The position numbers were made by a program, and so were the translations under genes. A DNA stretch of 64,000 bases from Takakia lepidozioides (Eukaryota; Plantae; Bryophyta): the NCBI GenBank assembly GCA_030704615.1, contig CM060731.1, positions 77,996,001 through 78,060,000 of the forward strand, read 5' to 3'. The notes beneath the pieces were generated by a model. That model made no database searches, had not been told where the DNA came from, and saw only the letters and a list, made by a program, of their open reading frames with translations. Each line of letters opens with the position of its first letter. Position 1 is the stretch's first letter. Shown here one piece after another: positions 38,623 through 51,245 of this stretch.

Positions 38623-41600
38623 ATGGAAGGATGTCATGAGGATGATGCTTCTCACAAACAGAGGCCACCGTACACTGAGATTTGTCCAAAGTCACCCTCT
38701 TCTGGTCTGCAAGTGATGCTGGATGAAGAGGAAACTGGACTTGATTCAAGTGAGCATGGAATAAGTGAACCCGGGCCTCTTAGTGCAAAGGATAGTGGGT
38801 CTGATACTGATCTGCCCTGTATGAGCCGCGGAATTGAGCAGCCGATATTAAATCTTCATTTGCAGTATACATCAATTTCTCAGACGAACAGGCAATCAGA
38901 CTGTGTTGATCCAGCACAAAAAGCAAATATTATCTTGTTGGTGGAAAGCGAGGAAGAGAAATTTGGCTTAAGGATCACCTGTGCGAACCATGTTGGTGAT
39001 GTTGGTTTGAGCGATGATACATTGGCTGGTGGATTGGAAGGAGACAACAATGTCAACAACTTGCCAGAGCCCGAGTTTGTCACAAATGAAATTGATGAGA
39101 AGATGGGGGCCACAGTTGGTGGTGAGGACAGAATTGGCGAAGGCAATGGTGATGCTGGTGGGACAGATGAAGAACAGGAAGAAGAGGAAAGCGGAACTGA
39201 GAGTTACTATCTCTATGACGAGGATGATGAAAAAAATCCCATTGATGGCAACGAGTGTCCTTCCAAGGTTGGGCCACATGGTGTTGGTAGCGTTGGACCT
39301 GCAGATGGCAGGAGCAGTGAGGCCGAGAGCCAGGATGTCGATGGTAACTTTGATGAGGATGGCGATGATATTGATGTGAGGGATAATGGTGACATAGATA
39401 TCATTCTTGAGATCGCACAGGAGGTAAAGCAAGAATGCAGCAACGACAGTCCTGACAGTCTGGAAGTGAAAATAAGCAAGGACTTGCAAGGTAAATAGTT
39501 GGCATCTCTCTCTCTCTCTCCAAATGTAACATATTTCTTTTCTCGTATTCTTTTCTTGTTGTTCTGCTTTGTCCAATTTGCCATGAGGGCCTCCTGTGGA
39601 TGTCATAAACTTTCCTCCTTTCTCTGTCCAAGAAATCACATCATACAGTTGTGAGAAGGAAATGCAGCATCAATTGTGTGTCGCAAAGAAAGACTAAATG
39701 GTAGCCTTTTGAGAAAGAAGAACGTATAAGCCCAACTTGCTGCACGCTTCCAGACATGGTGACCTAACTGTGCTTGGCTGGAGTTGGAGCCAGTTGTGTG
39801 AATATCTATGTTGAAGATTGTTATCATGATAACAGTCTCATTAAGGAAATGGAGACTGACTCAGTTTTCAGTTGAATACCCTATGTTGTTAGGTGGAGGG
39901 GATTCCAAGTACGGGTATGGAGCTGTGTTGCACAGAATTGCAAACAATGGCATGGCTGAGCCCCACAAAAACAAGGCCAAGAGTGCACAAGAAGGAAACT
40001 TCAATGAACTGTGGGAGGATGAATGCATGAGGTACTTGGAACGAGAGCCTGATTTTCGAGCAAGACTACAATATGAGATGCGAGTAGTTTTGATATCACC
40101 ATTGTTTGAAATTGCGGGCCAGAGTGCTTCAGCATTTTCTGGGCTTTACGAGAAGAAATTCAAGAAACCAGTGGAGACCACAGGCTTCAGCTCAGCTGCA
40201 AGGCTGTGTCGAGCAATGCCCAATGTAGTGCAGAGGGGGTTGCTTCATGACGAAGGAAAGTTACACTTGGTGGACTCTCCAAAGAATCATCGTGTAATAG
40301 CAGGAATCCGTTCAGGTCTGCGACGGATTGTGTACGACATCCTCCGGTCACGTCCGCAAGGCCTTGGCTTTGAGGAAATGGAAGAGCACTGCTCACGGTG
40401 GTGTGGGCAGCCCTTTTGTGATGTTCTCTCTGACCATGGGTACCAAATGCCAGTTATAGAATGCATGCTTCGTGACATGCCTGACATAGCTTACCTTGAT
40501 GATGCTGGACTAGATACCCGGGTTTATCTCTCCAAGAGAGCTGAGGATCCAGCTCTCACAGATGGACTACTGATTGGCCTGGCTGAGAGAAACTTTTCAC
40601 GGTTGAGCCAACAAACGTCCGTCATGGGTGAGGACAATTCAACACGATTTAATCAATCTGTATATGCCCCTCACTGGGCAAGAGGTAACTCTCTGGGGCG
40701 AGCAGAAAATGCAACTTCTAACATGACCATCAATGTCACCGACATGGCAATGGGTGATACGGCAGGTTTGGATTCAGATTCCTTGCCCTTTCTAACTTGT
40801 ATGTGGCAACTAATGAAGTGATGGCATCGTGTTGATTTACTGTCAACCATCAGTCATAGCTAGTTCAAGATGTTAAAACTTTGCTTTTTACTGTTTGAGC
40901 AGGAGGATGGCTTCGATTTTTATGAGCCTTATGTGTTCAGGAGCTTTACTGTAAGAATATAGGCACTGCTTGAACTGCTTGTCCGCTTGTCTTTTTGGTT
41001 GTGTTTGAAGTAAACCATTCACTGCATTCTGCTGCAACTAGCTGCAGGATTGCCTATGTTATGCTTGGATTAATGGGGATTGGGCACAGGTTCAAGAATT
41101 GGGCCTGCTGGTATGGCCCCCGAAGAGCTTGCAGACCTTCAAGTCCTATGCGCTGCCGAGACAGAATCATCCGATGCTTGTAAGAATGGATCCCTGTATT
41201 CTATAGAAGACACTTCCCCACAGGTGAGACTGCGCTTGAGATTACTGCTGGCCTTGCACAATGAAGGGCATGGAGCAGAAGTTTCAAAGCTAGAAGCAAT
41301 CTATGAGAAGATGTTCTCAACAACACTAGACCTTCAAACCTTGGGGTTTCCTTCGATTGAAGCACTAGCTAGATGCTGGGGGGATATCATGCTCCAGCAC
41401 AGTTCCCAGCCTGGGTGGGCATTTCCTGCTGAGACTGAAGAAAACAGACGAATCTTGAACACCGTGACCACGGGCCTCCGGTCAGCCATATTTGCAATCC
41501 TTTTAGCACGTTACCCAGATGGTCTGGACCCCCTTGAGCTTGTCCATTGCTTGGATCAAACACTCTCCGGGAAGCTCTGGGATGTGCTTAGGACCAATGG

Positions 41601-43392
41601 ATATGTGTTCAATGATTTACAGGCAACCCAAAAGCTATTGATGGACAAGGAGTCCGATTTTCAGTTGGCTGATTGTGGGGAGCTACGACTGCTGTTGCGG
41701 GACATGATTGACTTTGTGCGCCTGGGCTGTCGAGAGGATGGCTCCTTAATAGTGAAGCTACGGGATGGGGAGTTTCCACTTTTAGATCTGTTAGATTGTG
41801 ATGTAGCTGAGGAATTCTGCTGCAATGATCAAATAGTCTCCCCTGATACAAATTTACAGAGCCAGGTCATCCTTGATGCAAAGCAGGGCACCCCCATACA
41901 AGATACCAACAGCCAAATGGATGTGAGTGCTGGCCCAGTAAGAACCAACAGGTCTGGTTCAGAGACTGTGGCTGAGAACAAAACGGATTTGCATTTGAAA
42001 GCAAGTAGAGTGGAGGCAGATGGTTCTCTTGCAATGACACCTTCTCTGACTATAGCCCGCCATCACCACCAATCTCCCTCTAAAATGCTGAAACATGAGA
42101 CCCGGCTGATTTTGGGTTCAATTGAATACGTTGCACATGGTCTTGCAGTGCAAGACTTTTGTGCAGTTTATAGAGAAAGGACTGGGCACTTGCTCAATCC
42201 AGGTAAATTCAAGAATGTTAGGTCGCTTATGCAAGCAATGCCTGATGTGATCAACTTGAATTCTCTAGGGGCTGATTGCCTTGTGCTTTCAAGAACTGCT
42301 CAAAATCTTAGGGTGCTGTCAGCAACAAAGGCAGGGCTGCGTCAGGTCCTCTTTTGGGCATTGTTGAAAAACCCTGGGGGTATCTGGGCTGAGCTTCTTG
42401 AAGGCTGGTACCTGGATTTTGCGGGGTGTTCCCTGCCGAGCACCCTTGCTAGGAATGGTTATGGAAAATCAAAACGGGCACCACTGTCCCCCGTTATTCA
42501 GTTCTTGGAAGATATGGGCGATCTTCTGAAACTGCACTCGAGAGATCCTAGTATCTACATCTGGGCTGGAGGATTCGAGGACCCAGTCTTGACAGATGCC
42601 TCTCTGATTGGACTGCCTGCTGATATAATTCAATATGATCCGTTACATGAAGATTATGAAAATGCATGCAGTCATGCAGACTGTAGCCTGGAAATGACAC
42701 CAGTTGGTAGTCAACTGTGTGAGAGAGGTGGAGAGGAGAGGGATGAAGATGAAAGCCACAGTACAGTGCCTAACAAGTTGGAAGATGACAGTAATGCAGG
42801 CACTGAGACAGATGGGGAGTATACTGAGGGGGTTTTGAGGGCTGGAGTGGTTAGGACTCAGGAAATGGGTAAGGAAAATGACCCCTTTTACAGTTTAAGT
42901 GGCCAGCCTGAGATGGCAGGGAATGCCTCTGAAGACATTCTTTCTGACAATGTTGAGGCAAACACAGAGACAGGTGAGATAGGCAGCAAACCAACTAGAA
43001 GAGAATATGCAGTATTGCGATGCACAGTTACCCCCCATGTAAGGGAGGTGGATGAGAGCAGCTTTGCAAGCGGGAGTGGCCACTGGAGTAACAACCTAGA
43101 CTTTGAGAGTGAACTATGCCACTCCATTCATTATGCTGCAATTCGAGGTCAGGGGTCAGAACAGACTAGAGAGGATGGTTCTGTAGTTGAACCAGATGAG
43201 ACCAGTCCCTCTGCCACACCCCACTGTCCACTCCATTCTTTAGGAAATGACTTCACAACACTTGGCATCAAGGAAGAGGAGAGAGATGACTATACAGAGA
43301 GAGATAGACCTGAGCAGGTTTGCATGTCCGGCATGCCAGATCAACTGGGGGATGGGTGTATCACAGTTCAATCAATACCTGCCGGGGTCTGA
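38623..43392 (+). CDS. Multi-LOTUS (OST-HTH) domain protein, ~1347 aa; predicted exons 38623-39490, 39893-40765, 41090-43392
   Basis: Three long ORFs joined by phase-1 GT-AG introns. LOTUS-like motifs include YEKMFSTTLDLQTLGFPSIEALARCWGDI, YEKKFKKPVETTGFSSAARLCRAMPNVV and YRERTGHLLNPGKFKNVRSLMQAMPDVI. Acidic disordered termini. The 3' end could splice further at 43317. Confidence 0.8.
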
Positions 43393-44574
43393 AAGCCTAT
43401 AAACGACCCTTCTGGGAAACCGTTAAGCTTGTAAAGACATTCATCAAAGTACATATGGCAGTCGAATTGTGATCTTGTCAGGGGAAGGAGATTGGGTTAT
43501 TGCTCAGGTTCATAATATGGGAGGGGTGCTCCTCTGGATGAGGCTGAACTTAGCATGTCTGGAACTCAACAGCTGCTCCTTATTTCCCTTGCCCCCAGAG
43601 CCAAATCCTTCCAAGCTTCTTGTGGTACCACTGTACCCAAGGGAGTTTCAATTCCCCCTCCCATTCCCCTCTCTTGTCTCTACCTCCTGTTGCTCTGTCT
43701 TTCCACGTGCCATCTCTTGGTAGAGCGCCAACTTTGCCTGTGGAAGGTAACAGGATTGTCTTCTCCAAATGTGAACTATTACAATCTCTACTGCTTTGTC
43801 CACTACGTTATGCTGGGGAGGGGTCTCGAGTCGCACGCATGCACCTTATGTTCTTTATCCTGTATCTCCCTCCCTCCCACCAAAAGTAGTGGCCTGGTAG
43901 TTGAAGACGCATGTTTCAAGTATTCTTCCCCACATTTATCCTTTTTCTGTACCAGTAAGAGATCATACATGCATGTGGCATGAAATGGGTGGTTTTGTTG
44001 TTTTTTAGTTCTGGGAAGATACAAGATACCCAGTCCATATTTTGCAGGCAGATTGAATGTTGATGAATTTTGGCATGGACAGTGCTGACAGGAATTATGA
44101 TCACCAAGGCTATGTCTTGGGGCTCATGGTAAAAGAAAATCCAATGATCCATTCCTTGGACTGAATATCGAGTTTTGCACACAGAGAGTGCATGACGAAG
44201 ATAAAGTTTGTTTAGTGTCCAGAAAATTTAGAGCCATGAGTATTTCACGAGTTCTTACTGTGTCATATTATTGATGTCCTACAGACAACCACCAAGAATG
44301 AAGCTTGTTGTCATACCTGTTGTTGGCCATTTCATGCTACTCAGCAAATTGCTGACAAACACCTAATGAAACCAAGTTTCCATATGATATGACTAACAGC
44401 CCCTCCCTTCACTTCTATGGACCCTACGGCTATGAACTTTACAATACCCAGCAATATAAAATGGACTCGAGGTGGGTTCAGTCTTAAAACTTAGTCTCCA
44501 GAAATAATGTCTGTGAATGAAGTCTCAATGTCAACTAGCTGTTCAATGTTGGAACTATAATCCTCAATGTGATA

Positions 44575-47393
44575 TCAACGTCTAGGCCACTGTGGGCTCA
44601 CCAGCTGCACATGCAATGTTATTAGGATATTTAGAGCCAGATACCACATCCTACCAAACCTGCCAGTATAAAGGACACGGAAACGTTGTACTCCAGGACA
44701 GGGCTGGGACTTTCTAGTCATTGCTACTGTGGCTGCTGTGATGTTATGGGCAGAGGCTTTTTGATCTTGGGTCTAGCCTGTTTCCTCTTTCTACTGAACA
44801 AAAATTAAGGGAGAATGGTAAAGGAAGAAACAAAGGAAAAACATGAGTGGGAAGCCCAATGACTAATGGACGACAGCACGTGACCAAACAAAGCACTGGA
44901 AAACCTGGCTCTAAATCCCGAAGTCCACCTCGCGGAAATATGTTGGCAAGAAAGGAAAGAAAATTAGCAAACCAGGAAGTAAAAAAGAAAAGGAAGTCTA
45001 GAACATCCTTGGAAAGCTCAGAAGTTTGAAAAGAAATAAAGAAGAGCAAGGAAGGATATAAGATAAAGGAAGTCTACTGCGTCCACTGGAGGCCTAGAAG
45101 GCCAAGGAAACTATGAAACGTCCCGGGGGGGGGGGGGGGGGGCGCGGGCGAAAGGTCCTTGGGGGAAGAAATGAAGAACAAAAAAACCATATCATAAGAC
45201 ACCCAACATAAGAAAGAGAGAGCCAAAGAAATATAATAGGTCTGCAGGAGGTCCATAAGGGAGAGAAAAGGGACCTCAAGGGTCGTAAACACTAAGCGCA
45301 TTCGATCGGCCACCAAGGATGGCTCTTCTGCATACCCTGCCACTGCCAACTGCTCCATTTGTAATGTCTTCACTGGTAACCTGCAAAACCCATGTGGTAA
45401 AATCTTGTTCATATGTAATTAAGGAGTGGAATGCAATTGCAGGATATTTGGGGCTCATGGTACCAATTAAGCAATGTTTATTGTTTATGAATGTTGCATG
45501 TTCATTAACAGATCCCCTCAGTAAGCCTGTTGGAAATTCTTTCGAGATGTTTCACAAGGTAAGCAGTAAGAGTATAATTGGGCTTCAGCTTAGACAGCTG
45601 ATTGGGGTCACCTGCGTCAGCACAAGGGTGCCAGCTTCCTGTTCCATGTTAGTTTCAAATAGAAAATAAATGACAACCCTTTATGATATCTCACTGTAGA
45701 TTGTTGAAAGATTCACTTTCTTCACCAAATGCATTTGCCACAAACTTGTATCAAACCTTCAACAACATTCTTGTGGCCACAGACAGTGCAGTAAGCAAAC
45801 AATTACTCTTTTGCTGGACTTCACATACCTGGCATTCACTGAGTAAAGCATAGTGCCATCAACTATCACTAAGTGTCCAACTGCAAATGGAAGGCAGTGG
45901 CCCTTTGGGGTGAAGTGACACCATGAGTTATGCCTGGAGTCTTCCTCCTCTGTCGAATTTCTCAGTAACAGACTGTCACTGGTGATTGAAGGAAATTATT
46001 GATCTGAAGAACTACAGAAGCCTTTAGAGAGGTAGGTTCCCGAGAATACCAAGCCATGCCTCGCTTGTAGTAGGCATTAGCAATCAGTGCACAAAATCCA
46101 CGCCATTGGAGCTGGGTGTCAGCGGAAACAGGGGGAGTAGGGGACCATCGTACGATTGTCGGTTGCGGGGTACACAGAATAGTGATAAACAAAATCGAAA
46201 GCCACAGTATGCACTCCTCTATCTGCTTGCATCCCCACAAAATACAAAATGCCAAAAACTGTCACTTTTATGAAACCTATCATTACATTTGGTAGATTAT
46301 AGTGAGCCTCGTCCCTTTCATATTACTGTCCGTAGCATTATTCATAACCACAACGTCTTGTCCTTCGATGACAGAGACAAGACTTTGATTCTCCAAATGG
46401 AAATTGGAACATTTCATCAATTCCCTTTCCAGGAATGTCTGCAGAGGGAGAACAAATACAAAAAGAGTATCAAACACACACCTCCTCTGCTTTGAGCTTT
46501 GACTTCAAACCAATGTTGCCAGTGCTCCCCTCAAAGTCCCCTTCAACTTCACCGACACTCAAGAGCTCCTTGCGTAACCCCTCAGCAGTACAGCCCACAG
46601 AATATGCTGTCACCCCTGCATTAATAAACTCCTGCAAGTGTTCGAAATGTTCCTCTTTCAACATCATCTTTGAATAGCCGCCATCTGATGAGTGATTGCA
46701 AAGACTAGACTTTGCACCTCCCAAATCAACAGTGCAAACTGTTAGGGTTTTGGGTGGACTGGCAAGGGGCAGAGATGACAGCATTAGAGCACAAGTTGCA
46801 GGAACTTACATTAAGATTGTCAGTGAAGCCACTTTCCAAGACACTCTTATACCGACGGTACAAGCCCAATGCTATGCTCCGTGAGGAACGAAACTCATCG
46901 TCATAAGCTGCTTGAACAAGCTGCCCACCCCAAAGCCGAACACAATCAGGTATGCAGATATGAGGGGATGCACTTGAGACAAGCATTAACCTTAGATTAA
47001 TCTGCTGAGAGTCAGAGACACCAGTTACTTGGTAACTGTAACCAACTCTTTTCGAAAAAGATATACCTGGCGATTGATTCTTCCGTGAAGAGAATGCAGA
47101 CTATTGTTCCATAGCCCATGTTGCCAATGTGTACTGTCTCCTAGAACACACAAGTAATGGTCCTCACCAAGCCTGATTGATCTGGATGAAGCAAAACTCA
47201 GCCTTCCCTTGTAGCTGACCACCAAGGAATCCACGCGTATCAAAGAAAAGGTGCTACCAATTTGTAAGGGAAGAGGCCCATGGATAAAATGGCCTGATTT
47301 ATTACAGCCTCTTAAATAACAATCTTGTACTGTAGCCCTGGAAAAATCAGAGATTGGAGCTGAATATTTGCATGGCTTGACCACCTGCTTCAT
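44575..47393 (-). CDS. Conserved green-plant protein, probably plastid-targeted, ~298 aa; exons 47393-47067, 46920-46810, 46631-46482, 46222-46050, 45380-45275, 44604-44575
   Basis: All five introns are GT-AG and phase-consistent (897 nt in total). Conserved-looking blocks EFINAGVTAYSVGCTAEGLRKEL, ILWLSILFITILCTPQPTIVRWS, RGMAWLPVKTLQMEQ and RMRLVFTTLELVSPQWPRR*. Ser/Arg-rich N-terminus. Confidence 0.85.
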
Positions 47394-49089
47394 AGTATGT
47401 TACCTGCCACATAACATCAACGCTGTTGCATAAGAAATTTTCTCAACTACGGTAGGTGTTAGAGTGTGGAGAAGACAGAGATGCTCAATGACTGTTTTTT
47501 GAACATTGATGGAGATGTGCCCATGAAGGCATAGTTCCTTCAAACCCTGCCGAAGCTGGCTGTGGTTCTTAACCAAAATTCTCCCAAAATTGGGACTAAA
47601 ACCCTTGTGTGTTCCATAGAGCAAAAAAAACCATACATTCCTTCACTCACAGGAAACATCTAGAGTGCATGTCCTTCCGACCTGCAATGATCAGTCTATG
47701 AAAAATCCTTATTCCTCATCCCAGTGAAAGATGCTCAGTGTGAGGCACAAACTTTGTGTTCTCTGGAATTTTTTGGTTCTATTCCTAGGGTGGGTATATA
47801 AAAGGTGATGCTGTGGTCTCAGGATAGGACACAGGGCATCAAGGTTTAGGAATAAACATTTGACTCATATATGAAATTGTAGCCAACCAAACAGACACTC
47901 AACCACAAGTAGTGAATGGGTGCTTATAACGTTTCATGTTTCAAATGCCTGGGGAGGTTATCTGCAAGATTTTCACAGGCTTCAGACCTGTTACCTGGCT
48001 CCTGACTTGGAACTACTCAAGATGCCGTGCTTGGCAAGTACTGGTAGGAGCTGGATTGCAAAAGCTATAGTTTTAAGTCCCACCAGAGATCCATGTAGTT
48101 CTTTGCTGTCTCTACTTGTAAGTACAAAACGTTTCGGGTGAATGTATAAACTATCACCTTCGGTATAGGCGGTTGATTTGCCTTGGAGGGTGACAAAAAT
48201 TTGGCGAAAGACATACCTGTGGGTAACACTAGAACGAGCAACTGGGAATCAAAACTAGGCCAGCAGCGAGATGAGCATATTGATGGTCCTAAGTCCCTGT
48301 CTCTGGGATGAGGGGCTTCCAACTGAAGCAGACTTTGTCTACAAGCGCGACTCAGTCAATCTTCGTATTCTTCCCTGTTCTTTCCAGCTGCAACCGTTCC
48401 TACTAAGGATGGAAGAGGTATGAAAATCAAGAAGCTTAATCTGACTCTACGACATCTGAGATAGCAATTCAGACCATGTAATGCTGTTGCAACCTGAGCT
48501 GACGCACAGCAAATATACAAAAATTCAGCTACTACTTAAGGATGTCATAATTCGGCTGCTACTTGAGGATGCCAATAAGTGAGTACTTTCACATCTTCTG
48601 CACTCGACAGGATACAACTGTCTGGGTACGCGGATCACTAAAGAAAGCAGAATTGAGAGATAGAGAAAGCATACTGAAGGGTGTAACGCTTTGCCATTAC
48701 AAAGTTGCGCAATCCATCGAAGGTAAAACCCCTAGGAGAGTACCGAATTGCAACGGATCTCCCTTCTGGAGAGTGATCACTCGTCTAGCGACCTCAATTG
48801 GAGAGAGGGGGACTTACTTACACTAGACGCATCCCGTGTCGTCTTCTGGTGAAGGAGCAATGTGCATCTACAAAGGCTATAGCTGGGTGAAAAAACTTCG
48901 TAGTGGCATCATCTTTGAATCCATAGATTACCTCCTACTAGAGGGAACGACTAGATAATAACAGCAGAATTTCGAAGGCAGCGAATTGATTACCGGTCCC
49001 AATATGGATGTGGCTTGATTTTATTGCAAGCGTGTGAGCTGACAGGTACGGCCCGCGAGGTACAGTCCGGGAATTCCCGCTCCGGCAGC

Positions 49090-50725
49090 CTCGTCGGCGA
49101 ACTGGACCAAATCACCCCCACCCCCCCCCCCCGACCCCTCCGCCCGCTGCCCCGTCCCCCGCCCGCCTGCCCCCGCCCGGGACCGCTGGCCATGCGGCGC
49201 CCCACAACACAGCCTGATCTCCAGCCACATGGCGGCCCCCCGCTGTGGATCCCCTCACTGCACTGATCCCCTGGTCCAGTGCCGGAGTGATCCCCCACCC
49301 CCCATTTCCAGCCACGTGGTGCTCCCCCGAACCGTCGATCCCCTCCCCATCCATCCAACCTGGATGATGTGGGGTCATCCGGCCCTCAACACCCCCCCCC
49401 ATCCTCCCGTGCAGGGGATGGATGATGGCCGGATGAAGGCCCCATGACGCATCCATCGCCATGTGGCGCTCCCCCACCCCTCGGCCCCCTCGTTCCATCC
49501 ACGGCGCGCTCCCCCCAGACGTCGCCACTCCCCCGACCTAGCTCGACCCCCCCTCCAGACCGGAGTGATCCCCCACCCCTAATCGCGCGCCACGTGCCTC
49601 TCCCCCGAACCATCAATCCCCTGCGCATCCATCCAACCTCACAAACAATGGATGATGTGGGTCATGGGGCCCTCATCCCCCCGCCATCCTCCCATGCAGG
49701 GGATAGACGACGGCCGGATGAAGGGCCGATGACACTGACAAGCCACGTGCCGCTCCCCCGCCGTCGATCCCCTCTTCCCATCCACGGCGCGATCCCCCGA
49801 GACGACGCCGCTCCCCCCCCGACCTAGGTTGATCCCCCATCCAGACCGGGAATGATCCCCCAACCCAGGTCGCCCGCCACGTGCTGCTCCCCTGAACCGT
49901 CGATCCCCTGCGCATCCATCCAACCTAAAAATAATGGATTTTCTATGTCATCCGCCCCTCATCCCCCGCCATCCTCCCGCGCAGTGGATGGACGACGGCC
50001 GGATGAAGGCCTGATGACACGTCCACCGCCACGTGGCGCTCTCCCCGCCGTCGATGCCCTCATCTCATCGGAGTCGTTCCCCCGCAACTGGGTTGATCCC
50101 CCGTCCACGGCGGGAGTGATCCCCCACTCCCAATCGCGCGCCACGTGGTGCTCCTCGAACCGTTGATCCCCTGCCCATCAATCTTACGTGAAACCATTGC
50201 CGTTCACAGTGACACGCCACGACGCAATCCCCTCCACCGTCGATCCCTCCAACGGTCAGAGGCCTGATCCCCCGAGCCCAGGCGCGGTCCCCCGGGCCTT
50301 CGACCATGGACGGCGCATTCCCCGCGCTGTCGCTCCCCCACCTCGGTTGATCCCCTCCTCCAATTCGGGGACTGATCCCCCTCCCCACATTTTCCGTCAC
50401 GTGCTGCTCCACGGTGCCCTCCATGACCTGTGGGCCACGTCGTGGTCCCCTCGTCGTCGACCCCCCCCCCCCCCCCCTCGCCGCCCTGTCGATCCCCCTC
50501 GACCACGTGGCGGCACCCCCAATGTCGATCCGTTCCCAATCCCCTGCTCCCCCCGGGGACTGATCCCCCTTGGCCCTCTTCAACATCATGTGGCCATCCC
50601 CCCACCATCCGATTGTTTTGCGCGATGGTCCACTGCATGGCGCTCCCCCGGTCATCCATCCCCCTCCCTGGTCTTGCCGCCGATCTCCTGCTTTGATCCC
50701 CCTTCGACCGATCCCCCAATCCCTT
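49090..50725 (+). repeat. GC-rich degenerate repeat array rich in GATCCCC and CCACGTG
   Basis: Recurring ~290-bp unit (GCCACGTG..CTCCCCCGAACCGTCGATCCCC..CATCCA..GGCCGGATGAAGG) at ~49310, 49588, 49875 and 50140. Confidence 0.85.
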
Positions 50726-51245
50726 CCATTTCCAACGGTGGATATCGCACCACGTGGACCTGCATGTACTATTCACTTCGTCGTGGAGGTAGGGTTCTAC
50801 ATCTCCGTGGTTGAGGGTTTCCAGGTGTCGTGCTTGTTCGTGCTCCTACTTCGACGGGTTTGGGATGACCTGCCATGGCCTGAATCGTGTGCGCTCTACG
50901 ACGTTTGTGATTCTCTTACGACGAACATCTTGCATACAATGCGTACATGGGGTTGTTTTTCTTCTCTTCTTCTTCTTCTTGTTCTTCTTTTGTTGTTCTT
51001 TCTTGTTTTCCTCTTTCTTGTTTGTTGTTTTGTTGTTTTGAAAGCTGAAGTACAGGATTGGCGTAGGCTGCACCAAATCCATGTGCAGGGGGATGAGGAT
51101 CTGTAACTATAGTAGCTTTCGCATATTAAACTTCAGCCTCAACTTCATGTTTTTTTTTTCATACTACTTACCTTGCTAGATTGACACGTAAACATCTGTG
51201 TGTTGCAGAATTGAACATGGTTGCATATCGGGCAGCTGAATAGGA

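Noticed and set aside
38880-39639. Minus-strand ORFs up to 223 aa
   Set aside because: Antisense shadows of the acidic first exon of the LOTUS gene.
44575-47393. Assigning a gene symbol such as BFA3/CGLD11
   Set aside because: The protein looks conserved in plants, but I cannot match it confidently to a named gene.
48990-50814. Many overlapping Pro/Gly/Arg-rich ORFs
   Set aside because: Artefacts of a GC-rich repeat array that is open in several frames on both strands.
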